Shown here piece after piece: positions 32,031-50,679 of a DNA stretch of 64,000 bases (positions are counted from its first letter, which is position 1; the number at the start of each line of letters is the position of its first letter). The stretch is from the NCBI RefSeq assembly GCF_009914755.1, contig NC_060937.1; one strand, written 5' to 3'. Under the pieces are notes generated by a model, which made no database searches, was not told the origin of the DNA, and worked only from the letters and a program-made list of their open reading frames with translations. The translations under genes and the position numbers were made by a program. This DNA is from the human T2T-CHM13v2.0 reference genome, Homo sapiens.

Positions 32031-32875
32031 CTATTGTCTAAATCATATATTTGTTGGATATCTTTTTTTGTTAGAATAATAGACAGGTGTTTTACTTAAG
32101 TGATTAGCTACAATCTGCAAAACTGCTTCTTTATATACTACTGTGTATTTGAGACTTGAAGTATATATTAGGTAGACATTATCAACTAGACATTATCAAG
32201 AGGCTTTCAATTCTCTTTTGAAGCTGGAAAATACGGATAACAAAGTTTCTGGCACTTTGACATAAAAATAAAGTATAAGTGCTAAAAGATTTTTTAAATG
32301 TGATAAGGGAAGAAATTAAGCTAATTGCCTAGATAAGATTTCTTCATTATATACTAGTTTTACTTATTTCATTATTTATTTTTAAAAATGAAGAATTGTT
32401 AAGCGTTAATATACATATGCATCTGCAACAGTTACAATGATGACTTACAATTAGCTAGGTATAAATTTGAGTTACATTTTCCAGAAATGGCGATGTATTA
32501 CAGAGAAGCATCCATATCATATTTTTTCCAATAAAGTACACTTGTGAAGTAACTTACTAAGATAAGGGTTGTAATTTTACAATTTAATTTATAAAATTCC
32601 CTGTGTAAGCAATTGCCACCTGCTTATTAGTACCCTGATGAAACTTACTAAAGTAACTATTCTATACAATGTATAATATTTATAATTTTACAAGTATGAG
32701 TAACACTAAAATTCATTGTAATTTCATTAATTTATTAAATTATGGCAAATAATATTACAAATACTTATGATCCTCTTATAGCATTCTCCCACTATATAGG
32801 CAAGGAATTTGAAATGACATTTAATGAAAATGTCACTTCAAATTAGAAATTTCATTCTGCTAACTCTTTAGGCAC

Positions 32876-33342
32876 TGTGATGGTTAATTTTATGTGTCAA
32901 CTTGACTGGGCTGTGGGATGCTCAGATATTTGGTTAAATAGTATTCTAGGGGTGTTTGTGAAGGTATTTCTGGATGAGATTAGCAGTTGAACTGGTAGAT
33001 TGAGTAAAGCAGATGGCCTTCCTCAATATGGGTGGGCTTCATCTAATCAGTTGGAGGCCTGAGTAGAACAAAAAGGAGAAAGGCAGTATTTGCTTTCTCT
33101 ATGTGTTATTGAGCTGGGATATTAGTCTTCCTTACTCAGACTGGAACTTATACTATTGGCTCTATTGGTTCTCAGCCCTTCAAGGCTTCTCTTAGAACTA
33201 CACCACCACACCACCTCTTTCCTGGCTCTCCAGCTTGCAGATGGCAGATCATGGGAGTTCTCAGCCTCCATAATCTCACACATCAATTTCTTACAATAAA
33301 TCTCTATAGGTTCTGTTTCTCTATGAAATCCTAACTAATACA
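32876..33342 (+). mobile_element. MLT2 (ERVL) solo LTR, older type
   Basis: TGTGATGGTTAATTTTATGTGTCAACTTG ... CTAATACA; TSD GGCAC/GACAC. Confidence 0.88.
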
Positions 33343-33447
33343 GACACTAAAGTTTATAGTCTGATAGGTTGGAATGTATTTTAAATTTAAAATATTCTAC
33401 ATAAAAGAGGCAGGCGACAAAGCAATATCATTATTAAAGAGAAACTG

Positions 33448-33750
<303 letters not shown>

Positions 33751-34052
33751 GAGAGAAACTAAAGAAGATATGAGACAGAAGCCTTGGTAAGCCTGAGATT
33801 TGAAAAGGATTGCTAGAGTCAACCATTTTAAAGTTCTGATGTGATCAACAGTATATACATGGTTCTTGAAAAATAAACTTTATAATTAAAGAAATCTGTA
33901 GGAGCTGAAGTAAGTAAATTCTTAGATAGCATTGTAAGAGCTATTCTTTGTGGAAAAAAAAATACTAAGAAGACAGGAAGGGTGACAGACTGTAGTAAAA
34001 TAAAAAAGCAAGAAAACAAGATGAGCTACAGACTCATATAAAAAATCAGCCC

Positions 34053-34214
34053 CGCCTGGGCAGGGTGCTTCACACTTGTAATCTCAGAGCTTTAGGAGGC
34101 TGAGGTGGGAGGATGACTCAAGAACATACGTTTGAAGCTGCAGTGAGCTGTGCCTGCGCCACTGCACTCCAGTCTGGTGGACAGAGCAAAAACCTGTCTC
34201 TTAAAAAAAAAAAA
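34053..34214 (+). mobile_element. Alu monomer (FRAM-like)
   Basis: Single diverged right-arm-type monomer with A tail. Confidence 0.7.
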
Positions 34215-36219
34215 TTTAAAAAGTCAGCGTCAAAAAAAAAAAAAGCCTCCAAGGTCCAACGTTGCATAAAGAACACTTAAATGAATACAAATGTCTTGAA
34301 ATCTTCATAAGAGAAAAGCACGAAGTCAAGGCAAAAATAAGAGGCACAGCAATGAATCCAAGACACAGACCAATAAAAACAAAGGAGAGAGAATAAAAGA
34401 ATAAAAATATTTCCACTATATTTGCATAAACAAGAAGTGAGGACTGCAGATTAGATGGAAGAGAGGGGAAAGGATTTGGTCTGAGTTTAGCTATAGAAAG
34501 AAAAACTTAGCTAAGAGGTCAGTGATGATACTAAGATTTCAACATATTTTAGACCACAATTATTTTCACTAAAAGTCCCATAAACTTACGTGCACTTGAA
34601 TTTTAGATTAAATTTGACTTGGTGTTTAATCTAACTAGTAATTGATCAGAAGGAAAAGATCTCAGATCTAGTGTATTTATGATGATGTAGAAAGAAATCT
34701 GGAAATATGCCCTTATCTGGTTGTGAAGGAAAAGAATAACTTGTATTTCTTCAACACTATGAAATCACTGGTTTCAACCCTAAAAAAAGAATAATCAGTT
34801 AAAAGAATCTGACCTAACACTTGAGCCAAATGATTTATGACTTTTATAGCCTATTATAAAACTTACTTTACGTACTGCCTCAAATCTGTGTTAAAGCTCT
34901 GTTTTCCTTTTACTTCATATGAAATGCAGTCCTAAAAATAATCAAGTCTAAAAATAAGGCAAAAACCACAGATTAAGTGTAGCTTTATACATGTACAAAT
35001 AACAGGGAAGTCTCCACATCTTCTAGGAAAACAGATGGTGTATCTACTTTTTCCCACTAAATTCTCTATGTTGCATCAAACCTCTGGAACTTTTTCATCA
35101 ATGTGCACTATATTATTATACAAACCAAATTCATTCTTTAAGTTTATTAATTCCTGTGTCCCACAGAGGAGTCTTATATTTGATCTCAGGGGCTTGGTTT
35201 CTATAATAAAAAGCAACTGATTATTTACATGGAAAGAAGCTATATAGCAAAAGAAACAAATTCACCTCCAAAACATATTACAGTTATTATATTTCTCTAT
35301 CCCTTTCCAAAGTCTATACTTCTAGGAAACTCTTTTCTCTAAAAATTTTCTCTAAAAATTAATGAGCAGAGAAGCAAAATGGGAAAAAAGAAAAGGAGTT
35401 TTCAGAAAATGTGCTTAGTTTGCTTATCTCTACTGTTTCCCAATCTTTGCAGGACATCTAAAAGGTTGACAGGATATGTACAAAGGATGGGTAAATGTTT
35501 TTACGGGAAACTTATGTGCCTTTCAATTATCATCATCTGTATTTTTCAGAGAGAGGACTGATAAGACATGACTAAATGACCTTATTCTGTGACAGAAACT
35601 AGAAGACACTGAGTTTGTAACTCAAAAGTGTATCAGGAAATAGAAAGTCCTGCCATTAACTTTAACTGTAGTATCTTCCCACCCTTATTCATCCATGCAT
35701 TAATAAACTGAACAGGAAACTGAAAAACATTAAAATAAAATAATGTTTTGGTGAGTTTATTGTCACTCTCTAGAAATATAGGAGAAAATCTGTTCTCAGA
35801 CTCTTAAACTAATTCTTTTACATAACAAGATAGCATACTCAAAGGCAGGATACTTTGGGAGGCCTTCCAGTGTAGCTATGAGATCTGAATTATTAGATAT
35901 ACACATACTCTTTTGTTTGGTTAGTCTTTTAAAAAACAGCAGCATGAAGTGAACATAAATTTCATAGCTCAAACATACAGTATAAAACTAACTATGAAAA
36001 CCTGACACAGAAACAGTACTGTTTGGAAAAATTGATGACAAATTATTTCCAGTTTTCATTAGAATGAGAGTTTTTATTTTAATGTGAAGAAAATATTCAT
36101 GTTATATATAATTATATAAATAATATAATAGCAAATGAAGATGGAATCAAAAAGGAAATTAATATTTTTTTCTTCAAGACCTTCTCCATATGATTTCAAA
36201 GCAATGGCACATGAAATAT

Positions 36220-36345
36220 TACTACTCAGGAGGCTGAGGCAGGAGAATCGCGTGAACCTGGGAGGCGGAGGTTGCCGTGAGCCGAGACTGCACCACTGCA
36301 CTACAGCCCGGGTGACAGTGCGAGACTCCATCTCAAAAAAAGAAA
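36220..36345 (+). mobile_element. 5'-truncated Alu right arm
   Basis: CTACTCAGGAGGCTGAGG ... CTCAAAAAAA. Confidence 0.85.
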
Positions 36346-38517
36346 ATCATATATGTGGAGAATGAATTCTATACCCAGAATACATTAAAAGACTCCTATA
36401 ACTCAACAACAAAAAGTCAATTAAAAAAATAAAAGCTCAATTAAAACATGGGTAAGGACCATAGCCAACATCATACTGAACAGGAAAATGCTAGAAGCAT
36501 TCTTTTTAACAACTGGAATAAGACAAGGATGTCCACTCTCACCATTCCTATTCAACATAGTACTAGAAGTCCTAGCCAGAGTAATCAGGCAAGACCAAAA
36601 AATAAAAATAGGAAAAGGGGAAGTCAAGCTATCTTTCTTCACAGATTATATGATTCTACACCTAAAAAACCCTATAGACTCCACCAAAAGGCTCCTAAAA
36701 GTGCCAAGTGACTACAGTAAAGTTTCAGGATACAAAGTCAAGGTACAAAAATAAGTAGCATTTGTATACACCAATAACATCCAAACTGAAAGCCAAATCA
36801 AGAACACAATCCCATTTACAACAGCCACAGAAAGAATAAAATACCTAGGAATGCAGCTACCCAAGAAAGTAAAAGATCTTTTCTCTGCAACAAGAATTAC
36901 AAAACACTGCTGAAAGAAATCAGAGATTAGACAAACAAGTGAAAAAAACATGCTGTGCTCCTAAGAATTACAATTGTTAAAATGGCCATACTGCCCAAAG
37001 CAATTTACAGATTAAATGCTATTCCTATCAAATTACCAACATCATTTTTCACAGAATTAGAAAAAACTATCCTAAAATTCATATAGACTCAAAAAACAGC
37101 CTGAATCGCCAATGTAATCCTTAACAAAAACAACAAAACCTGAGGCATCATGCTACCTGACTTCAAACTAGACTACAAAGCCACAGTAACCAAAGCAGCA
37201 TGATACTGGTACAAAAACAGATACCTAGACCAATGGAATGGGAAGTGGAACCCAGAAATAAAGCCACATACCTACAACCACCAGATCTTTGACAGAGTCA
37301 ACAATAACACACAACAGGGCAAGGACTCCCTATTCAATAAGTGGTGCTGGGATAACTGGCTAGCCATAGGCACAGGATTGAAACTGGAACCAATCCTTTC
37401 ACCATATACAAAAATTGCTTCAAAATAGGTTAGAGACTTAAATCTAAGACCTAAAACATAAAAACCTAGAAGAAAACCTAGGACATACTGTTCTGAATAT
37501 GGGCCTTGGCAAAGAATTTATGACTAAGACCACAAAAGAACTTGCAACAAAACCAAAAATTGACAAGTGAGACCTAATTAAACCAAAAAGCTTCTGTACA
37601 GCAAAAGGAGCTATCAGCAAAGTAAGCAGACAACCTCCAGAATGGGAGAAAATATTCACAAACTATGCATATGACAAGGGTCTAATAACATAAAGAACAA
37701 TTCAACAGAGAAAAAACAACCCCACTTAAAAAATTGGCAAAGGGCATGAATAGACATTTCTCAAAAGACATACATGCAGCCAATGAATATATTTTAAAAA
37801 GGCTCATCAACACTATCATCAGAGAAATGCAAATCAAAACCACAATGAATACCATCTCACACCAGTCAGAATGGCTATTATTAAAAAGTCAAAAAATAAC
37901 AGATATTGATGAGGTTGTGGAGAAAAGGGAACACTTACACAATGCTGGCAGCTATGTAAATTAGTTCAGCCACTGTGGAAAGCAGTTTGGAGACTCCTCA
38001 AACAACTTAAAACAGAACTACCATTTGACCTAGCAATCCCCTTACTAAGTATATACTCAAATGAAAATAAACTGTTCTACACATATGTTCATTGCAGCAC
38101 TGTGATGGTTAATACTGAGTGTCAACTTGATTAGATTGAAGGATGCAAAGTATTGATCCTGGGTGTGTCTGTGGGGGTGTTGCCAAAGGAGATAAACACT
38201 TGAGTCAGTGGGCTGGGGAAGGCAGACCCACCCTTAATCTGGTGGGCATCATCTAATCAGCTGCCAGCCAATATAAAGCAGGCAGAAAAACATGAAAAGG
38301 CAAGACGGGTCTAGCCTCCCAGCCTACATCTTTCTCGCGTGCTGGATGCTTCCTGCCCTCAAACATCAGAGTCCACATTCTCCAGTTTTGAGACTTGGAG
38401 TGGCTCTCCTTGCTCCTCAAGCTTGCAGACAGCCTATTGTGGGACCTTGTGATGGTGTAAGTTAGTACTTAATAAACTCCTCTTTATATATATATATGTG
38501 TGTGTGTGTATCTCCTA

Positions 38518-38578
<61 letters not shown>

Positions 38579-40185
38579 TCACACACACACACACACTATA
38601 TATATTAGTTCTGTCTATATATATTAGTTCAGTCCCTCTAGGGAACCCTGACTAATACAAACACTACACACAACAGCAAAGACATGGAATCAACCTAGGT
38701 GCCCACCAACAGTGGACTAGATGAAGAAAATGTGGCATAGATACACTATGGAAAACCATGCAGCCATAAAAAGGAAGAAAATCATGTCCTTTGCAGCAAC
38801 ATGGATGTAGCTAGAGGACATTATCCTATGTGAACTAACAGGAACAAAAAGTCAAAACTGCATGTTCTCATAAGTGGGAGCTAAACATTGAGTACACATG
38901 GACATAAAGATGGGAAAAACAAACAATAGGGACTACTTGAGAGGGGGCTGTGGGTTGAAAAACTATCAGATACTATGTTTAACTGCCTGGGTGACGGAAT
39001 CATTTATACAGCAAACTTCAGTGACATACAATTTACCCATGTAAATTGTGACCTGCACATGTACCCACAAATCTAAAATAAAAATCAAGAGAAAAAATAA
39101 ATAAGACAGACATGGGTAAGGGTCTCGAATAGGTATTTCTCCAAAGAAGATATACAAATAGCCAGTAAGTACATGAAAAAGATGCTTAGCATCAGTAGTC
39201 ATTAGGGAACTGCAAATCAAAACCACAGTGAATTACCACTTCGCAGCCATTAGGATGATGATTATAAAAAAAAAAAAAAAAAAGAAAGAAAAGTGTTAGG
39301 GAGGATGTAGAATAATTGGAACCATTGTGCATTGTTGGTGGGAATGAAAATGGTGCAGCTGCTATGGAAAACAGTTTATTGGCTCCTTAAAAAATTAAAC
39401 GCAGAATTACCATATGATCCAATAATTCCATTCCTAGGTATATACCTTAAAAACTGAAAGCAGGGACTCAAATACATACTTGTATACCACTGTTCACAGC
39501 AGAATTACTTACTATAGCCAAAAGGTTACAATAGTCTAAAGGAAACAACCCCAAGGTCCATCAACAGACCAATGGAGAAACAAAGAGTGGTATAGACATA
39601 CAACAGAATATGACTTTGCCCTAAAAAGGAATGAAATTCTGATATATGCAACAACATGGATAAATCTTGAAAACATTATGGTAAGTAAAATAAACTAGAC
39701 AAGAAGGACAAAAATTATATGATTCCATTTATATGAGGTACCTAGAATAGGCAAATTTATAGGGACAGAAAGTAGAGTTTACCAGGGTCTGAGAGGGAAA
39801 GAAAAACTGAGAGCTACTGTTTAATGAGTACAGAGTTTTTGTTTAGGATGATGAAAAAGCTCTGGAAAAAGGAAGTGGTAATGGTTACACAACATTGTGA
39901 ATGTACTTATTGCCAGTGAATTGTACATGGCGAAACCCTGTCTCTACTAAAATACAAAAAAATTAGCTAGTCATGGTGACAGGCGCCTGTAATCCCAGCT
40001 ACTCAGGAGGCTGAGGCAGAAGAATTGCTTGAACCCGGGGTGGGCAGAGGTTGCAGTGAGCCGAGATTGTGCCATTGCATTGCAGCCTGGGCAAAAGAGT
40101 GAAACTCCATCTCAAAAAAAAAAAAAAAAAAAAGGCTAATGTGGTAAACTTTATGTTATATATATTTTGTCACCATTTAAAAAAT
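36346..40185 (+). mobile_element. Old L1MB-like host (36346-36457 and 39110-40185) carrying a nested L1PA/PB (36458-39109) and a partial Alu (39925-40133)
   Basis: TSD ACATGGGTAAGG at 36446-36457 and 39110-39121; the host L1 reads continuously across the insert. Confidence 0.85.
38101..38659 (+). mobile_element. MLT2A (HERV-L) solo LTR with (TG)/(TA)/(CA) expansion
   Basis: TGTGATGGTTAATACTGAGTGTCAAC ... CCCTGACTAATACA; TSD AGCAC/AACAC. Confidence 0.92.
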
Positions 40186-40299
40186 AATCTATTCAGTGAA
40201 TATATAATTAGCTCCCACTGTAGCTGAAACCTATTTTGTTTAGATTTCCAAATTACTAGTAAATGTATTCTGTGTGGGGACATGCACATAAAATGAATC

Positions 40300-40620
40300 T
40301 CACTTTGTAATTGACACATAATATATGTACATATTTTCACAGCACATGTGATATTTTGATACATTCATATAATGTGAAATTTAAAAATTAGGGTAATTAA
40401 GGTGTCAATTACCTTATACATTTATCTTTTCTTTATGCTGGAACATTTGAATTATTAACTACTAGCTATTTTAAAATATACAATAGATTATTGTCTACTA
40501 TAGTCATTCTACTTATTTATCAAACAGTAGGTCTTATTTCTCCCACCTACCTGTATTTTTATAACTATTAATCAACCTCTCTTCACTCCTCCTTTCCCCC
40601 TACCCTTCCAGGCCTCTGGA
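40300..40620 (-). mobile_element. L1MA-like 3' end
   Basis: Reverse-complement L1MA 3'UTR motifs. Confidence 0.7.
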
Positions 40621-40859
40621 AAATAAATATCTTTGAAAAACAGCCCCTGGTATGTTGTGCACATCAGATATCCTAGAATGTACTTTCAAAAGCTCCAAAG
40701 AATTATAATTGCACTTTAATTTGAATAATTTTATTACTATTTTGGTTCTTTACCTATATAAAAAAACACAGGTCATAACAAGAAGATATCCATAAATTCT
40801 GCTGATGGCCTAAGCATATATGCTTATAGTCCAAGTGCAGCTAAAAATGAACACTGTAC

Positions 40860-40937
40860 CTGATAGAGCATAATAGGTTCTATGTTGTATCCTAAGGTAT
40901 CGGCAAAGTTCTTAGCGATCACTGTTTTTCCACAACC
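40860..40937 (-). CDS. VWA8: VWA8 exon (~12), 78 nt, GCGKTVIAKNFADTLGYNIEPIMLYQ
   Basis: tag|GGT ... CAG|gtacag, phase 0/0. Completes Walker A GGKGCGKT. Confidence 0.95.
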
Positions 40938-41025
40938 CTACAAATGGAAAAAATTATTCAAGAGGTAAGTCAAAATAACCAAAAGCCAGGAAACTAAAAG
41001 TCTGCAGTGAGACTGTCATTCTTAC

Positions 41026-41548
<523 letters not shown>

Positions 41549-42856
41549 AAAACATGCATGTTTTTCTCAAAATATCAGTAACTTAAAGTATATAACTGCC
41601 ACTTAAAAGCCTCCAACTAATAGCTTGCTCAATTTAATTCTTTACTGTTTTTGATATTTCAATAGAGCAGCAACTATTTTTTCATTTAATAGATCTGATG
41701 ATCATTATTACAAATCTTCCAAATCAATTATTTCCCTAAAATTAAAGTCCCACATTATCAGATGTATTCATAAAAATCATGTCATCTTAATGCTATTTAT
41801 AACTTATAGTAAAGATATTACTACTGGAGAATAAATTTTTTTCCCAAAATTCTAGTTGTAAGCACAGAATTTAATGTTAGTCCACTGGAATCTCTAAAGT
41901 CACCAATGACCTCCTGATTTCTAAAAGTCAAGTCCACAAATCCTTTTCAGGTTTATCTTAGTTTACCACTGAGAGGCATCTGTTCACATATTCTCTCTTC
42001 CCATCTTTTACATCTACTTCTCATTTTATTTTTTGTCTTCCCCTTTTATTATTTATCCTCCACTATTAGTTCCCAAGGAGCCATGTTCTGATGAGGACTC
42101 TGGGCTGGATCATGTTATATACCACACGAACCAAAGAATTCTAAGTTTGGAAGTGACAGGATCAGATTTGCATTTAAGAATTTAACCTGGTATCAACATG
42201 GAAAGCTAACTGGAAGAGACTAGAGGCAATGAGGTTAAAAAGCCATTACCAAAGGGAAGCAAATAATGAAGTCTTGTTCATACCTCATGCTTCTGAACAT
42301 ATTGTTTAAACTGCCAAAAATGTTCTATCCACTCCTGAGCCACTTGAAAAATCCTATATTATTCTTGCAGGCTTAGCTCAAGCTTCATCTTCTCTCTGAA
42401 GCTTTCCCTATTCCGTCTCCTGAATCCCAGTATTACTTTCTTCTCCATATCCCCAGTCATTCCAATGCAGTCTTAACTCGTCTGCCTCTATCCTAAACTA
42501 TCAGCTAGATGAACCATTCATCTGAACAAAACAGAGAGTATAGTGGGGAACTGTCCCTGTCTAGAAATCCCAGCTGTGCCATCTCCTAGCTGCTGTCTCT
42601 GGGTGAATCATTAACCTCTTTACATCTCAGTTTTCTAATCTACAAAATGGAGATAATAAAACTTACCTTAATGGATCTTGCGGGATTTAAATCGTGTAAT
42701 ATATGCAGAGACAAATACAGTAAATAGTACACAGTAAACTCATAATATGGAACCTAGCTCATGGTGGATATAATCAATATTCAGTTCAATGAATAAGTAC
42801 AGTAACATGAATTAATATTAATAATATCAAATATTAAAACAAAAAAGTTTATCATG

Positions 42857-42972
42857 AGCTGGGCACAGTGGCATGTGCCTGTAGTCCCAGCTACTCAGGA
42901 GGCTAAGGCAGGAGTATTGTTTGAGCTCAGGAATTCAAAACAAGCCTGGGCAATATAGTAAGACTCCATAAA
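42857..42972 (+). mobile_element. Alu monomer (FLAM-like)
   Basis: Single monomer motifs. Confidence 0.75.
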
Positions 42973-43469
42973 ATGTGTGTATATATACACATATAGATAT
43001 ATATAGAAGGAGCTGATATATATATAACATATATACATGCAGATGGAGCTCTATGACCAAATATTATTTCCCTCTCTAAAAACAATTCAACCAGAGCAGA
43101 TCCTTTTTAAACCGTTTCACATAGCTAAGAAAGATTTTACTTGAAAATAGGTCTCTGTAGCAGCTCAAATGTTTGAAAACACTATTTCTTACCAAGGACT
43201 CATAGCACAAAATGCTGTCAGTAATCAGCCTGTGACTTGATTTTCCCACAGGTCAACTTTGAATTTTTGATGAAAGGCTTTCCCTATGTTTCTCCTGAAC
43301 TTTTCCAGTTTATAAGCACACATGACTCTGGAGACATAGACATATAGATACCGACAGAAGCAGTACTATCAAGAGAGAAGACTTACAAGGAGATCATAAA
43401 CCCAATTTAGGTCATAAAAACAGGCAGAATAAGGTATATCATAGAAAGAATAAACCTGTGATTAATTAC

Positions 43470-43601
43470 CTTAATGGTCACCTCTTTATCTGCAATCCGG
43501 ATGGTCACAGAAGCTTGGGACACATGGTTTTCCATCATCTTCTCTACTTTTACAATCTCTTTAGGAAGTAGAGAGCTTCCTGAATCTTGAAGTTCAAAGC
43601 G
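43470..43601 (-). CDS. VWA8: VWA8 exon (~10), 132 nt, RFELQDSGSSLLPKEIVKVEKMMENHVSQASVTIRIADKEVTIK
   Basis: cag|CGC ... AAG|gtaatt, phase 0/0. Overlaps ORF 43407..43640. Confidence 0.95.
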
Positions 43602-43726
43602 CTGTAAAATTACAAGAAAATCATGCAATTTACTTTTCATTTTAGCATTAACATTGGCTATCTGACAGATTACACCTTAATTACAAGTGAAATCCATTTT
43701 ATATTATTATATAAAAGTAGAGGTTA

Positions 43727-44097
<371 letters not shown>

Positions 44098-44477
44098 CTA
44101 CTTACAATAATTATTAAAGATCATATTAAAATAGTCCCTAAAATTTACTAAATGACAAGAAATGGAATCACTGAATTCCTGACCTGGTAGAAGTTCATAG
44201 TTTACATTTCTTGACAATCAACTTCCTAGAAGGAGATGATGAGACCCTTCAAAATATGCTGAAATAGGCCCATATTGGTTTATTCTTTAAATCAATCGAA
44301 GTTAATGTGTTACCTGAAATTCATGAAAACAGAACTTCTTGGCCATCATTCTGCTGTCAGCTATGTGAATAGCTTAACTAAAATTATTATAACAATTTTC
44401 CACAGCATATGGTACAGTGCTTTCTACACTATAGGGGTCTCAATATTTGTTGAACTGGATTTAAAAGGCTAGAACCA

Positions 44478-44755
44478 CCAGGCACAGTAGCTCATGCCTG
44501 TAATCCCAGCACTTTGGGACGCCAAGGCAAGCGGATCACCTGAGGTCAGGAGTTCGACACGAGCCTGGCCAACATGGTGAAACCCTGTCTACTAAAAATA
44601 CAAAAATTAGCTGGGCATGGTGGCACGCACCTGTAGTCCCAGCTACTTGGGAGGCTGAGGCACGAGAATCCCTTGAACCCAGAGACAGAGGTTGCAGTGA
44701 ACTGAGATTGTGCCACTGCACTCCAGCCTGGGCAACAGAGCGAAAACTTTGTCTC

Positions 44756-44783
<28 letters not shown>
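44478..44783 (+). mobile_element. AluS
   Basis: TSD AAAAGGCTAGAACCA. Confidence 0.92.
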
Positions 44784-44786
<3 letters not shown>

Positions 44787-45479
44787 TAGAACCATTGATT
44801 CTTGATGTGGCCCAATTATCAACGTTCTAACATTGACTACACCACTTCATTCCAGCTAGCTATATCAAAACTACACAGAAAGAATACAGGTAAGTATGTG
44901 AAAGATGAAAATAAATTGAAAATTAAGTTCTATGCCTTATTTATAACAGCATGCTCAATATAAAAAACTGAATTTATTTTTACTATTAAATAGGCAGAAA
45001 TTAACCCCCAAAATCCTACACTAGTTTTGGAACATTATTACTATAGTGAAAGAGTTGAAACTCAATGAAAGAACAGATCATCATGTATTCAGCAGAATGA
45101 AAGAACTCCAGAAAATAGATTTGGGAGGAAGAAAATCATGTTTAACCTCAACATTCTAAACTTAACATCCCAGTTCAAGTCTTCATTTTGATGTCATAAG
45201 TACTCAAGACAATCACTAACTCCTTTCCCCAAACCTAAAAAAAAACCTGTGAATTTATACTGCCATTAAAAAGTTCTATATTTCATACAATTTATATATG
45301 CAAATCCCCACAGTATCACATAATTTGACAAGAATTGCTTCCATGTTGTAGACAAATAACAACTATTGACACCTTAATTTCATGAAAAAAAAAAAGTTCC
45401 ACTGTATTTTAAGGAGAACTCAACAGGAAAGGAGCAAGACCTACCCAAGTAATTAAATTCATTAGAATGTAGAACAAAT

Positions 45480-45784
45480 GGCTGGGCGCAAAGGCTAATG
45501 CCTATAATCCCAGCACTTTGGGAGGCAGAGATGGGTGGATCACTTGAGGTCAGGAGTTCAAGACCAGCCTGGCCAACATGGTGAAACCCCGTCTCTACTA
45601 AAAATACAAAAATTAGCTGGGCGTGGTGGCATGTGCCTGTAATCCCAGCTACTCGGGAGGCTGGGTCAGGAGAATCGCTTGAACCCAGGAAGAGGAGGTT
45701 GCAGTGAGCCAAGACGTGACACTGCACTCTGCTTGGTGACAGAGCAAGACTCCGTCTCAAAAAAAAAAAAAAAAAGAAAAAAAA
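45480..45784 (+). mobile_element. AluS
   Basis: Alu dimer; TAGAAC on both flanks. Confidence 0.92.
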
Positions 45785-46418
45785 TTTAGAACGAAGATTC
45801 ATTAAATTCTAGGAAAACAAATAAATGAGCTTAAATGTATGTTTTCCCACAGCTAGAGTAGTGTCAATCTAACTTGATACAGGAGTGACGTCAGAGGACA
45901 CATATTCCAGAAATAAACACTATGTCCTGAGCCACTTGCTACACTGGTTATGTCCACACAAATAATTAAAGCTAAAATATTTTAGTAAAATAAAAATAGT
46001 AGGCCAGAATACACTAAGATAGTAAAAACCTCAAATTGCAAGGTGAATTATCATTTTCTGGCATGGAAAATTTAGAGGATTGTTACTCAGAAAGGTATTA
46101 ATCAGAAAGGTACCCCCATATTCTCTATCTCCAACTCCATCATTTAAGTTTCTCAGTCCAAAAGCTTGAAATCACCCTTACCTCTGTCTCAACCCTGCAT
46201 CCAACCCTTCAGCAAATCATAATGATTCTACCTTCAAACTATAACCCAAATGCAACTACTTCTTATCAACATCACAGCTGGTCAGAAGAACAATAGACAT
46301 ATAATTATTTCAGGTTACTTCCTAGCAAGAAGTAGAAAATAAGAGTTTGTTAACTTACCACTTTCTGAGTATTTCCTATGAATTCTTGAATTTCAATTAA
46401 ACAGTATTAACATTTTCT

Positions 46419-49749
<3,331 letters not shown>

Positions 49750-50679
49750 TAATTAAATAAAATGAAATATAAATCACATTGGATATTGGTCTGTCAGGCT
49801 TCCCTATTCATCCTTACAATTCCCAATCCTGTCCCATCAGGCCATCTACTTTCTTCATACCTTTTTCTAGATTGTTAAGTACTGAAAGTGAAATTCTGCA
49901 TACCATGTTGCCTGAACAAATATGTTGCCACAATCTCTCCTGGGCTCTTTTCTCATAGCCCCTCAGCAACAAATACAAACCATTACTGCTCTCCTCAGAA
50001 GTAAATCTGAGCCCATTTACCACCCTTTCAAGAGGCAATCTAGCTGCCTCCTCCACTCAGAACAGAGCTTTCAGACACATACTCCTCCATACTTTACTAG
50101 AATGTAAGCCCCATTAGGGCAATATTAAATGTATCTATTTGGCTCACTCCAAATTTCCAGAACCTAGAATCACACATGGGACGGTCAATGGTCAACAATG
50201 GTTTGTTAAATGAACAAACAAAATTATTTTTCCTTCATCCTCAAAATCATTGATGTTTTAATCAATTCTTGTTATTGTTCCCACTGTTTCAGTAGAAAGG
50301 ACTTCTGCTTTAACTATGAGTAGACAGAAACCCCTAGAAGACTTACTATGTCATATTATGGCAGCTTCATCATTCCAGTTCCTGAGTGGAAAGCATGTTC
50401 TTCCATCATTTCAAAACAAGACACAAGGGTGCTCTGAAAATGTCCTTTTCCACCTCAGCTAGGGCACATTTTCCATGCACTCCACATTTTTTGTCCCTTC
50501 TGCCTATAAAAATGTTTGTCTCCCCATTCCAGAAACAGTCATTTCTTCATTATACCTCATCCTTAAGTGATCTATCATCTTTTGGCTTTTGTTCACCATC
50601 AAACTTCATTGATACATATGAATTATAATCACTGGGGGTTCAGCTTCATCTCCAATTTAAAATGTAAGCCCCTTGATTT

